A DNA stretch of 64,000 nucleotides from NCBI GenBank assembly GCA_030591525.1, contig JAUVAV010000009.1:16805-80804 (forward strand). Direction: 5' to 3'. How positions within the stretch are numbered: position 1 is the first letter of the stretch; the number at the start of each line of letters is the position of its first letter. The stretch is from a candidate division FCPU426 bacterium. GTDB taxonomy: Bacteria > Oederibacteriota > JAAXVQ01 > JAUVAV01. Below the pieces are notes generated by a model. That model made no database searches and was not told the origin of the DNA. It saw nothing but the letters and a program-made list of their open reading frames with translations. Made by a program: the position numbers and the translations under genes. This document shows positions 29,995 through 39,163 of this stretch, in pieces.

Positions 29995-30264
29995 TTATTC
30001 AAACCGGTAAACTTTACGAATAGTCTCCTTAATATCCCAATGGCATTTTAGCCCCTTGGGAAACAATACGATATCTCCCTCCCGGACCTCCACATCGCCC
30101 CCGGCCGTATGCACAATAACCTGCCCTGATTTCACATAAGCGCGTTCATTCTGCGAATACTCCCAATCGAATTTGGAAGGCTCGCATTCCCAGGTTGCCC
30201 AGGATGACACCCCCAGGGCGTCAAGTTTCTCCGGAGTGGCTTTTTCAATCTCTATTTTGCTCAT
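29995..30264 (-). CDS. Small cupin (DUF861/cupin_3-like)
   Basis: W..WECEPSKFDWEY...E, GDIVLFPKG and WDIKE.IRKVY; GGAGG RBS. Confidence 0.85.
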   Translation of the reverse strand: MSKIEIEKATPEKLDALGVSSWATWECEPSKFDWEYSQNERAYVKSGQVIVHTAGGDVEVREGDIVLFPKGLKCHWDIKETIRKVYRFE

Positions 30265-30284
30265 TATTCCCTCCTGCTATTTTT

Positions 30285-31475
30285 TCAACCTCCTAAATTC
30301 TCCATCAAAATCATTCTGATATCCCCGGTCTCCAACTGCACCGGGTTATTCCGCATCGCGGCGGCCGCAGTAATTTTATCCAGATCACCGGGTTTGATTC
30401 CGTAATCACCTAAGCGTGGTATTTTCAGAACCCTGGTCCATTCCGCGAGTTTATTTTCCAGCCACTCGCAGCCTGCAACAATGGAAGTCAATGGTTGTTG
30501 GCAGAGCAGGGCGCCCAGACGGGCATGTTTCTGCAAGGCTATGTTCCCCGCTTCACCTTGCTGCTTGAGTTTGGCAATATTCATTTTAGTTCCCGGCCCG
30601 ACCAGAGTTCCGCAGATCACTCCGTGCGGAATATCGAAGTAACCGCCGATAACCGAGGAAAGTGAATGCACTATGCCGAGACCGGCGTTGGCCAAAGCCA
30701 GACCGGACAGCAAGGCAGCATAGGCCATGCCCGCCCGGGCGTCCGGATTATGCGCGCCGTCATGGCATGCCGGAAGAAGATGGTCGCGAACCGCCTCCAT
30801 GCCGTTCCACGCCAGAGCGTCAGTCAGGGGGGAGCTTTGCGAAGAAACATAGGACTCCAGCAGTTGGGCTAAAGCATCCATGCCGCAGGCCGCCGTGATT
30901 GCCAAAGGGCAATTCAGGGATAATTCAGGGTCGATTATGGCAATATCCGGCACAAAATTCTCATGGCGTAGGGATTTTTTAAATCCCTTTTCTCCCACCC
31001 GGCTTAGAGAAGCGTTCTTCGTAGCCTCAGTGCCGGTTCCGGAAGTAGTGGGGATTGCGACAAACGGCACCTTGACCCCGCTGTGTTTTCGGCCGCTGCC
31101 TACGCCTTCCAAATATGCCATCACTGATTCCCGGAGAGGCAGCATAGCGGAGATGGCTTTGCCCGCATCAATTACACTCCCACCGCCTATGGCCGCGACC
31201 ACTGAGATTTGCTGCGCCGCAAACTTGGAAACCGCCTCGTCCACCAGGTCCGGCCCGGGCTCGCCTTTTACTGAGAGGTCAAAGAGGGTAATCCCAAGCT
31301 CACGGCAGGTATGCTGCAGATGTTCCCATTGCGGGGAATTCCGAAAGGAAACCGCGCCGGTGATCAGCAACGCCTGAGGGCCAAAGTTTAAAATCTCTTC
31401 CGGAAGACGCTGAATATTTCCCCTCCCAAAGAGGATTTTAGGCGCGCGGGCAAAAGTGAAGCCCGGAATTACCAT
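30285..31475 (-). CDS. Iron-containing alcohol dehydrogenase
   Basis: GGGSVIDAGKA, PTTSGTGTEAT, GMDA, GIVH and IPHG. Confidence 0.9.
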   Translation of the reverse strand: MVIPGFTFARAPKILFGRGNIQRLPEEILNFGPQALLITGAVSFRNSPQWEHLQHTCRELGITLFDLSVKGEPGPDLVDEAVSKFAAQQISVVAAIGGGSVIDAGKAISAMLPLRESVMAYLEGVGSGRKHSGVKVPFVAIPTTSGTGTEATKNASLSRVGEKGFKKSLRHENFVPDIAIIDPELSLNCPLAITAACGMDALAQLLESYVSSQSSPLTDALAWNGMEAVRDHLLPACHDGAHNPDARAGMAYAALLSGLALANAGLGIVHSLSSVIGGYFDIPHGVICGTLVGPGTKMNIAKLKQQGEAGNIALQKHARLGALLCQQPLTSIVAGCEWLENKLAEWTRVLKIPRLGDYGIKPGDLDKITAAAAMRNNPVQLETGDIRMILMENLGG

Positions 31476-31777
31476 TGTTCCCGCGATTTAGGACAAATAA
31501 CGTGATGAGTAACGCCTTCCCGTGGCCGGGCCATCCAATCTTGTACTGTTTCCCTCCATTTCAGGTAATGTGGCGTCTGTTTATGGGCGGCCGACGCGGC
31601 CTCGGACTCATAGGCTTCATAAAAAAGAAACCGCGTGGGGTCGTCCTTGCATTGGAGCATATCAAAACGCAGATTGCCTGGTTCCCGGATAGCTCCTTTA
31701 TGGTTCTCAATTGAAGCCTGAATAAAATCATCAACCTGCTCTTTTTTTACATAAACCGTTACGCAAGCTACCACCAT
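31469..31777 (-). CDS. Antibiotic-biosynthesis-monooxygenase (LsrG-like) domain protein
   Basis: EPGNLRFD, FLFYEAY and AHKQTPHYLKWR. Confidence 0.85.
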   Translation of the reverse strand: MVVACVTVYVKKEQVDDFIQASIENHKGAIREPGNLRFDMLQCKDDPTRFLFYEAYESEAASAAHKQTPHYLKWRETVQDWMARPREGVTHHVICPKSREQW

Positions 31778-31940
31778 AATGTCCCTCTCTCCTTTCGCAA
31801 GTGTAATTTATAGTATGATACGGATTTTCGAACTGAATTTCCAGTATTTCTTCCACCTGCCCGGAAAGTCTTTCGCATCTACGGCGAAGAGGCCCATTAG
31901 AAAAAGAATGAAGTGAAGAACTCCGTGGATTCCGGCGAAA

Positions 31941-32081
31941 GAGGCTGTGTCGCAATTCGAAAAACGAGATTGCCACGCTCCCTTCGGTCGCTCGCAATGA
32001 CTGTTTTTAAAGTCTTTTCTGTCATTGCGAGAAGCGTAAGCGACGAAGCAATCTCTAAAATAGGCATTATGACACAGCCTG
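31941..32081. mobile_element. MITE with GAAA target duplication enclosing an inverted REP-like pair
   Basis: TIRs AGGCTGTGTCGCAAT and ATTATGACACAGCCT (13/15); GAAA at 31937-31940 and 32082-32085; inner repeats at 31966-32001 and 32021-32055 (GTCATTGCGAG...GCAATCTC). Confidence 0.82.
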
Positions 32082-32159
32082 GAAAGCCGGGATACAGATT
32101 AATTTGGACAGCAATGCTTATAATTAATTTTCAAATGATTATACCTGCAACCCCAACGA

Positions 32160-33302
32160 TTAGCAGGAAGTATAAAGTTCCTGAGTCTGCCGGACAATGC
32201 GGCTCCAGGAAAATCTAGAGGCCGCCTCCCGGGCGCCGGTTTGCAGGCGATCTACCAGTACCGGATCATCCAGCAGGATTTTAATGCCTTGGGCCAGGGC
32301 GTGCGGACTGCCTGGTTCCACGGTCCAGAAATGCCGGCCCGGCCACAATTTTTCCAGGGGCCGGGCCGGAGTGGTGGTAAGCACGGCCAACCCCCAGGAC
32401 AGCATGGCCACCATGCTGCTCCGGTTTAATCTGGCCCCGCCGTAAAAAGGCAGGACCGCAATGCAGCATGAGCTGATTACCCGGCCGGCGGATTCTGCCG
32501 ATAAAAATCCGGTAAAGCGTATATGCTCATTCAGCCCTGCCTCACGGATCATGGCCTTCACCCGGGAGTGATAAGCATATTGCCGGTCATCCAGTTCGCC
32601 CGCAACCAGCATCCCGACTAATCGGCCCTCCTGCTTAAGTTGGCTGTATGCCTGGATTATTATCTCCCATCCCTTGTTCGGCATTACGGTCCCGAAATGT
32701 ACCAACCAGGTTTTATTCCTGTCCAGTTCCGGCATGGTCTCAAAGATCAGATTATTATGGCCTTTTACCCCGGCATTTTCGAAAATACTCCCAACACTGC
32801 TCCCTAAAGGAATTATCCTTACACGCCGCAGAGCCCGGGATTGCATTTTCCTCAAGCTGCGGCGATCATGGTGATTAGTGCATACGATTCCATGGGCCAT
32901 TGCCAGTGTCAGCCACAAACGCAATTTCCCCAACCAGGAGAAGATGGCATACTCATGCAAGGTGATAATACATTTAATCCGGGGACGAAACCAACGCAGA
33001 ACCGGCAAAAGCAGGTTGGGAGCCAGGCCCCTGCCATAGCCCAGGCTGGGATATTGCAGATGCACGATTCGCGGGTTTATCCGATCAATCTCGCGCAGTA
33101 ACTGCCAAAGATTGAAACTTCGCCATGAGCGGATTTTCGGCCTTAGGTCCGAGTCCCCCATCTTACGCACTTCTTTCCGGTCTGAGGTCAAAACCGTGAC
33201 CTGATGGCCGGCCTTGGTCAACTCGTTGGCCAGACATCGGGTATAGTCCCCCACTCCACAGCGCATTTCGGGAAATGAACCGGTAACCAGGCAGATTTTC
33301 AT
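32160..33302 (-). CDS. Glycosyltransferase family 4
   Basis: CGVGDYT, HLQYP, TLHEY and FG...PNKG; GT-B pattern. Confidence 0.85.
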   Translation of the reverse strand: MKICLVTGSFPEMRCGVGDYTRCLANELTKAGHQVTVLTSDRKEVRKMGDSDLRPKIRSWRSFNLWQLLREIDRINPRIVHLQYPSLGYGRGLAPNLLLPVLRWFRPRIKCIITLHEYAIFSWLGKLRLWLTLAMAHGIVCTNHHDRRSLRKMQSRALRRVRIIPLGSSVGSIFENAGVKGHNNLIFETMPELDRNKTWLVHFGTVMPNKGWEIIIQAYSQLKQEGRLVGMLVAGELDDRQYAYHSRVKAMIREAGLNEHIRFTGFLSAESAGRVISSCCIAVLPFYGGARLNRSSMVAMLSWGLAVLTTTPARPLEKLWPGRHFWTVEPGSPHALAQGIKILLDDPVLVDRLQTGAREAASRFSWSRIVRQTQELYTSC

Positions 33303-35476
33303 TTTCTAAAGAGCCCCGCTACATTCATCATCCACCATGCGCCGGTAGTACGTTCCCATGTCTGCCAAGCCCTGGGAAATCGCGGTTCACATATATTTTT
33401 TAGCCACGAGGTCGGATCAAATACACCACCCCAATAACCATAACCGCGCGCCGCTGCCAGGCGCAAGCCATGCCTTTGAGCCGCCATGCGCAATCCACCC
33501 AAAGTATATTGCGTCTCCCATCCCCAGGGCCAGTTTCCTCTCCACTGATGCCATAATTTTATCAAGGTGTAGGGATTCAGGGCCTGGGGCACATCCACTA
33601 CCAGGTAACCTCCGGGTTTAAGCAAACGCACGCTCTCTTTCCATACTGGTATGGGATCAGGGAAATGCTCCAGCAAGCCCTGGGAAAATACCAGGTCAAA
33701 AGCCTGGTCCGGTAGCCCGGTCCGGCGAACATCGGCCCGGTGCAAACTCAGAGATCGCTGCAAAGCATGCGCTGCTGATGCCGCTAGATGTATGGCCCGG
33801 GCTGAATTATCCACGGCGTGAATTTGCCGTCCGGGTTTGGCCGCCAGCCAGAGGGCATCCAGGGCTGGCCCGCATCCCAGCTCCAGAATTTTTACCTCGA
33901 CTTTATCGGATTTATCCGCCAAGGCTTTTTCAAGCAATTCGTAAAACCGGGCTCTTCCCTGAACACGTTCTTGCATGATTTTACGCCAGTCAGGCTGCGC
34001 TTCAATTCCGCGCTTCCGCACCGCCGTTTGTAATCCCGTGCTCTTTTCCGAAAAGAGAGGTTTAAATTCTTTCTGCCAAGCGCGCTCAAAAACTCCCCGC
34101 GGCTCAGGTCTTCGGGGACGCGGCGGCCGCCGGACCCAAACCAGGGTCGCGGCCAAGGCCAGGGCCGCGTGCACTCCTCTGTCATGAATCAGGCAATGCT
34201 CAGTCAAATTCGCCATTGCAAACCCTGCCAGACCGGCCATCATTGCCCAAGCGCCAGCTGCCGGCCATCCGGGCTCCAAATGCTGCGCCTTTTTCACCAT
34301 ATAAATCGCGCCTTGCCATCCGGCCCAAAAAAGAGCGGTTAAACCTAAAATCCCGGTTTCCGCCAGAACCGAGAGCCATAACATATGCGGATGCGTAATG
34401 AATCCAATAGGATTCACATTCCCATTAGCCATAGCCGGGGCCAGAAACCGGTACATTCCCGGGCCTATGCCCAGCCAGGGCGCTTGCTGGAAAAGCCGGC
34501 CCGCTACCCTGGCATATTCCAGCCGGTTCTGCCAGGAAGCGAGTTTGATTTTCCAAAAAGAGCAGGATAAAACCTCTGAATAAAGACCAGCCAGCAGGAG
34601 AAATCCCAAGAGTAGAAGAACCAGCAGTTTGATTCTGTGGGAATAGTTTTCCAGCCAGAAAAGGATAAAAACCACAGCTATTGCCACTCCCACGGCCATA
34701 ATGCCGGTAAACGAAAAGGTGGCTAAAAAACCTGCGGTTAGTAATCCACAGCCAATAAGACCTGCCAGCCGTGCCAGACCTTGGCCATGAAAAAGCGCGG
34801 CCCCGGCGGTAAACGGCAGCATCAGCGCTAAAAACACGGCCAGGGTATTGGCTCCAAAACCGGCCGCCGCCCGGGTAACTTCAACCTGACCGATAATCAT
34901 CCTGGTTAACTCCGGATGCGCAGCCGCAGCAGAACAAGTCTGGGTCAATCCCTGCCAGGCGCTGAACATGGCGGCCAGAACCAAGGCCCAGAGAATCCGT
35001 TCAGCCTCGCGGCCCCGGCGAAGTAAATGAACTCCCAGCATAAGTACCAGAATAAACTCCATCCATCGCAGAGCGCCTTTCCAGGCAATGGCGGTTCCGG
35101 TCAGGCAAGCTGAAGCCAATACTATGGCAACAAAAGGCAGTATCCAGGTCTTGACAGGCACTAGGGCGTGCTGCCAAGCGCGGATCCGGAAAACATTCCA
35201 AAACCCGCCCACCAGGCATGCCACCAGCAGTATCTCGGTAGTATATACTGTTCCCCATATTTCAAGTTCCCGGGCTTGTTCCAGAGGCGCAATCCAGGCC
35301 AGCAAAACCAGGGCCCAAACCGGCGCAACACAGGCCAGCAGAAGTGCGCTTGCTCCCAGCAGTAAGGCGGCCCATACGGTCTCAGGCGCGCATAACCAGG
35401 CGCTAGCGGCTGCCACCACGATTATTCCGGCCAGGACTTCTCTTCGTGGATTCAATTTATCAAAGACGGATTTCAT
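33299..35476 (-). CDS. O-antigen ligase/Wzy_C-family membrane protein fused to a class I SAM methyltransferase
   Basis: Many TM segments with PWLGIGPG and HPHMLWLSVLAETGILG; C-terminal ILELGCG, VDNS, FDLVFSQGLLEHF and LLKPGG; start ATG 35476. Confidence 0.82.
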   Translation of the reverse strand: MKSVFDKLNPRREVLAGIIVVAAASAWLCAPETVWAALLLGASALLLACVAPVWALVLLAWIAPLEQARELEIWGTVYTTEILLVACLVGGFWNVFRIRAWQHALVPVKTWILPFVAIVLASACLTGTAIAWKGALRWMEFILVLMLGVHLLRRGREAERILWALVLAAMFSAWQGLTQTCSAAAAHPELTRMIIGQVEVTRAAAGFGANTLAVFLALMLPFTAGAALFHGQGLARLAGLIGCGLLTAGFLATFSFTGIMAVGVAIAVVFILFWLENYSHRIKLLVLLLLGFLLLAGLYSEVLSCSFWKIKLASWQNRLEYARVAGRLFQQAPWLGIGPGMYRFLAPAMANGNVNPIGFITHPHMLWLSVLAETGILGLTALFWAGWQGAIYMVKKAQHLEPGWPAAGAWAMMAGLAGFAMANLTEHCLIHDRGVHAALALAATLVWVRRPPRPRRPEPRGVFERAWQKEFKPLFSEKSTGLQTAVRKRGIEAQPDWRKIMQERVQGRARFYELLEKALADKSDKVEVKILELGCGPALDALWLAAKPGRQIHAVDNSARAIHLAASAAHALQRSLSLHRADVRRTGLPDQAFDLVFSQGLLEHFPDPIPVWKESVRLLKPGGYLVVDVPQALNPYTLIKLWHQWRGNWPWGWETQYTLGGLRMAAQRHGLRLAAARGYGYWGGVFDPTSWLKNICEPRFPRAWQTWERTTGAWWMMNVAGLFRK

Positions 35477-35490
35477 AACTACTCTCCGGT

Positions 35491-35961
35491 TTATTCGGCT
35501 TGGCTCGTTTTTTCCACTTTGACAACTATGCCAGAAAGCTCGACTTTCGAGGTAGAGATTAAACACCATGCTCCGGCTTTAAGTCCGCAAGGCTCGCGCG
35601 GAAACCCGGGAAGATCCCGTACCAGGCGCAAAGGCCCCTCCACTCTCAGCGTGATCAGCAAATCTTCTTTTCCCGAAAAGCCGATCCGCTCATTTTCTCC
35701 AGATGATAATACTTTCTGTATAGACAAAACCTCGGCAACTTTTTCGCCCTGGGTGTTTAGAACCTCATCCCCGGGAATAATCGCGGCTGCCAATTCCGGC
35801 ATGGGCCGGGGTACGCAAACTACGGCCACAGCCGGGCCGGAATATTGTGCCGTAGCTATGGTTCCCCGGGAGACCGCGTATTGCACAATCAGCCCCGCTG
35901 CTCCCAGGGTCAGAAACAGAGCTATCAAATCCCACCAACGCAATGACCAATCTGATTTCAT
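35491..35961 (-). CDS. Hypothetical membrane-anchored protein
   Basis: GGAGG RBS, N-terminal TM, translationally coupled to the upstream GT2. Confidence 0.65.
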   Translation of the reverse strand: MKSDWSLRWWDLIALFLTLGAAGLIVQYAVSRGTIATAQYSGPAVAVVCVPRPMPELAAAIIPGDEVLNTQGEKVAEVLSIQKVLSSGENERIGFSGKEDLLITLRVEGPLRLVRDLPGFPREPCGLKAGAWCLISTSKVELSGIVVKVEKTSQAE

Positions 35962-36947
35962 TTTGCCTCCTTGATTTTCCTGTACTTCCACTCCCCGCAA
36001 ATAACCCAGAACAACCGCATCCAGGGAATGATTAAAAACTGCGGGATCAGAAAGGCCAGGTCACGCAGGCCGGTTTTCCGCTTCCGGCAAACCGCATACA
36101 CGGATCCGGCCCAGCCGGATAAAAAAGCGCCGGCGCCCAAGCCTGCCAAAACCGGCAGCTGATAAAGCAAGCCGGTTGCCCCGAGAAGAAATCCTGAAAA
36201 TATCCCCCAGTAAAATACCGGGAATGCCCTCCCGTCAATCCATTTTAAATATTTTCGATATAACGCAGGATGTTTGCGCCGCAGCAGAGCTTCGTATACG
36301 CCATAACCGGTCTTCTTAAAAAATATTGTTTTTCCGGCATTTAACAGAGGATGTTCCACCAGGCATTTCGGTTCAAATTCAATCCGGTAATTTCTTTCTA
36401 TGATGCTGAAGGCCAAATCCGTGTCTTCCCGGTTGGCGCGAATAAAACGCGTATCAAATCCTCCTGCTTTTCTGAAAGCTTTCTTCCGGTAAAACATATT
36501 ACAAGTCAGGAAACTTCCTCCCTGGGTATTGGATATTACATGCGTAAACGGCGTGGGACGTCCGGCATTTTCCGGCGGCAAGGTCGCGCCTTCCACGGCC
36601 GCTACCTTCGGATGATTAAAATGCGGAGCCGCTGCCTGCCACCAATCCGGATGCACTACCACATCTGAATCCAGGAAGCCCAGAATTTCAGCCTGCGCCG
36701 CCTCTGCTCCCTGGTTGCGGGCCGCTGCCGGTCCGGCGGCGGTAGCGTGATGTAAATATTGGACCGGGTATGGATCGTGCCGGGCCGCCAGCATCATAGC
36801 CGTGCCATCCGTTGAACCATCATCCACTACAATAACTTCCATCTCGCCCGGTGCGACACGCAAGGCCTGGAGGGAATCTAAAAGCTGTTCCAGCAGCGCT
36901 CTGCGATTATAAGTCGGCACAATCACTGATAATTTGGGACTATGCAT
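35958..36947 (-). CDS. Glycosyltransferase family 2
   Basis: SVIVPTYNR, VVDDGSTD, FLDSD and EDTDL. Confidence 0.9.
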   Translation of the reverse strand: MHSPKLSVIVPTYNRRALLEQLLDSLQALRVAPGEMEVIVVDDGSTDGTAMMLAARHDPYPVQYLHHATAAGPAAARNQGAEAAQAEILGFLDSDVVVHPDWWQAAAPHFNHPKVAAVEGATLPPENAGRPTPFTHVISNTQGGSFLTCNMFYRKKAFRKAGGFDTRFIRANREDTDLAFSIIERNYRIEFEPKCLVEHPLLNAGKTIFFKKTGYGVYEALLRRKHPALYRKYLKWIDGRAFPVFYWGIFSGFLLGATGLLYQLPVLAGLGAGAFLSGWAGSVYAVCRKRKTGLRDLAFLIPQFLIIPWMRLFWVICGEWKYRKIKEAK

Positions 36948-36987
36948 TAAAGCCTCCCTTAATACGTTGGCCTTTCTTCAACTCGGA

Positions 36988-38439
36988 TCAAAATCCCCGA
37001 TTTTTAGATCGGGGGATTTTCATGATTCGGCGAAGGATATCTATATCCTCGGACTGAATCGCCTTCACTAACCAGACCGCGGCCGCATAAACCGACACTC
37101 CGGCGGTTATGGCGAATATGGGATGCAGATTACGCATAAACCAGACCGGCACGAGCATAATGCCGGTTGCCACGATTACCCGTACCAGGTGAATAAACAG
37201 AGGCAACGGAAATAAGCAGCGGCTTACAGCTATGAAGTAAGCCGCTAATAGAAAAGCCTCGGTCAGCACTGCTGCCACGGCCGCGCCCAGATAACCAAAC
37301 TTGGGAATAAGAAAAAGATTTGCTCCCACGCTTACGAGCACGGCCAGTCCGGAAACTAAAGCATTTACTTTTTGACGCTCGCCGGAGATCAAAAGATATG
37401 AGAGCGGATAATTAAGAAAAACAAAACACAGGGCCACTGAAAGCCAGGCCAGGGCATAACCCGAAGCAGTGTAGGCCGGGCCAAAAATCAAAACCATCAG
37501 AGGCCGGGCCAAAATAACCGTTCCGCCGGCCAGGGGAAGACCCAAGAGCAGAAGAATCCGCAGGATTTTCAGCGACGCCCTGGCCAGTTTCCGCCGGTCT
37601 TCCCGAAAAAGTTTTGAAAATCCGGGAAAGGCCGCCGCCACCAGTACTGCTGGAACTACTATCAGCACTTCCACGCACTTGTGCGCGGCTCCGTACCAGC
37701 CGAGTTCTTCGGCCGGCCGGAGTTTTGCAAGAATTATCATATCAATGCGGAAATATAGGTTTACAAACAGGGTAGTCAGGGTCAAGGGCAAGGCCTGGCG
37801 CCAGATGTATTTGAGAAAGCCGATATCCGGTTTCCAGTTCCCTTTAATAAACCCGCCGCGGATAAGAATTCCCAGCGCCACGGCCAGGCCGCACCCGCCG
37901 GCTGCTACATAGGCCCCGGCCACGCCGAACAAGCCCCAGCCCAGGCCCAAGGCCAACAGCCCGAACGCCAGCAAGGCAATTTTTTGAAAAATCATGACCG
38001 CCGCCTCAAACTGCATCTGCTGGCGGGCATGAAACACGGTATTGCAAAACTCGGTAAAAGAGTTGAGCAGTACAAAAGCGGTCAGCCAGTAAGCAGCCCG
38101 GCGCATGGCAGGTTCCGGCGTGACAATGCTCAGCCCTACCAGGACTGCCACGCCAAATAAGAGGGCCAATCCGATTTTTACGATTAAAAAGTTATAAAAA
38201 ATATGCGGCAGGCGCTCCGGTTCCCGCGCCGCATCCCGGATCAGGAGAGGATTTAAACCGAAATCAATCACTACCACAAACAGCAGGGCGAAAGAGTAAG
38301 CAAAATTCAAAACCCCGAAGTCATGGCCGCCCAGCGTACGCGCCACCAGCACAATGAAAGCAAAGGAAAGCAGACGGATGAAAATCTCTCCCAGCCCTTT
38401 AAAAAAGGCATTACGGGCAAAGGCCTGCGCCAGGTTCAT
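36988..38439 (-). CDS. wzx: Wzx-type polysaccharide flippase
   Basis: Many TM segments; ARTLG..DFG, DFGL, YFRIDMIIL and LIPKFGYLGAA; start ATG 38439. Confidence 0.88.
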   Translation of the reverse strand: MNLAQAFARNAFFKGLGEIFIRLLSFAFIVLVARTLGGHDFGVLNFAYSFALLFVVVIDFGLNPLLIRDAAREPERLPHIFYNFLIVKIGLALLFGVAVLVGLSIVTPEPAMRRAAYWLTAFVLLNSFTEFCNTVFHARQQMQFEAAVMIFQKIALLAFGLLALGLGWGLFGVAGAYVAAGGCGLAVALGILIRGGFIKGNWKPDIGFLKYIWRQALPLTLTTLFVNLYFRIDMIILAKLRPAEELGWYGAAHKCVEVLIVVPAVLVAAAFPGFSKLFREDRRKLARASLKILRILLLLGLPLAGGTVILARPLMVLIFGPAYTASGYALAWLSVALCFVFLNYPLSYLLISGERQKVNALVSGLAVLVSVGANLFLIPKFGYLGAAVAAVLTEAFLLAAYFIAVSRCLFPLPLFIHLVRVIVATGIMLVPVWFMRNLHPIFAITAGVSVYAAAVWLVKAIQSEDIDILRRIMKIPRSKNRGF

Positions 38440-39161
38440 GGGCCGCGATGCCGCATGCGAATTCGGAAAAGATCTGTTAACATTCGCAAGGCGTCCCGCA
38501 AGGGCGAGACTTTGGATCCCCGGGCATTGTGCCATTCCACCGGAATCTCGGCGATGCGCCCCCCGGACCGCCGGACCAGGTAAAGCGTCTCTACGTCAAA
38601 TCCGAAACCGTTTATGGTTAGCTTTGGGAAAACGGCCCTGGCGATGGGCCGCTTAAATAACTTGAACCCACATTGGGTATCATGGATTCCCGGCAAAATT
38701 ATTACCTGTACTAACCGGTTGAATATCTTTCCCATTAGTTCCCGGTAAAAAGGCTGGCGGGTTGGCACCCGGGCCCCGGATATGCCCCGGGAGCCAATAG
38801 CCACGTCAGCCCCCTCCTGCACCGCCTTTTCCAGCTGAGCCAGCTCTTGAATAGGCGTGGAAAGATCTGCGTCGGAAAAGAGAATCAGGTCCCCCCGGGC
38901 CGCGGCTATGCCCTGCCGGACCGCAGCGCCCTTGCCGAGGTTGCACCGGCTTTTAAGCACCCGCATACTGCCAAGGACCGGTGTAAAACCGCGCGCAATT
39001 TCCACCGTACGGTCACTACTGCCGTCATCTACGAGTATTATTTCATATTTCCGCGGCAAACCGCTTAAATATTCATCTATAGCTTGCAGGGTTTTGAGAA
39101 GACGCAGTTCTTCATTGTAAGCTGGAATTACGATGGATAGTTTCGGCTGGCTGGTTGACAT
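38436..39161 (-). CDS. Polyprenyl-phosphate glycosyltransferase (GT2, Alg5/DPM1-like)
   Basis: IPAYNEE, GKGAAVRQG, DADLSTP, DTQCGFKLF and FGFDVE. Confidence 0.88.
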   Translation of the reverse strand: MSTSQPKLSIVIPAYNEELRLLKTLQAIDEYLSGLPRKYEIILVDDGSSDRTVEIARGFTPVLGSMRVLKSRCNLGKGAAVRQGIAAARGDLILFSDADLSTPIQELAQLEKAVQEGADVAIGSRGISGARVPTRQPFYRELMGKIFNRLVQVIILPGIHDTQCGFKLFKRPIARAVFPKLTINGFGFDVETLYLVRRSGGRIAEIPVEWHNARGSKVSPLRDALRMLTDLFRIRMRHRGP

Positions 39162-39163
39162 GC

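Noticed and set aside
29995..30264. Cupin as the missing RmlC
   Set aside because: Only 89 aa, with DUF861-type motifs rather than RmlC motifs.
31731..32218. Short ORFs 31731-31997 (-) and 31913-32218 (+)
   Set aside because: They run through the MITE/REP sequence and have no protein features.
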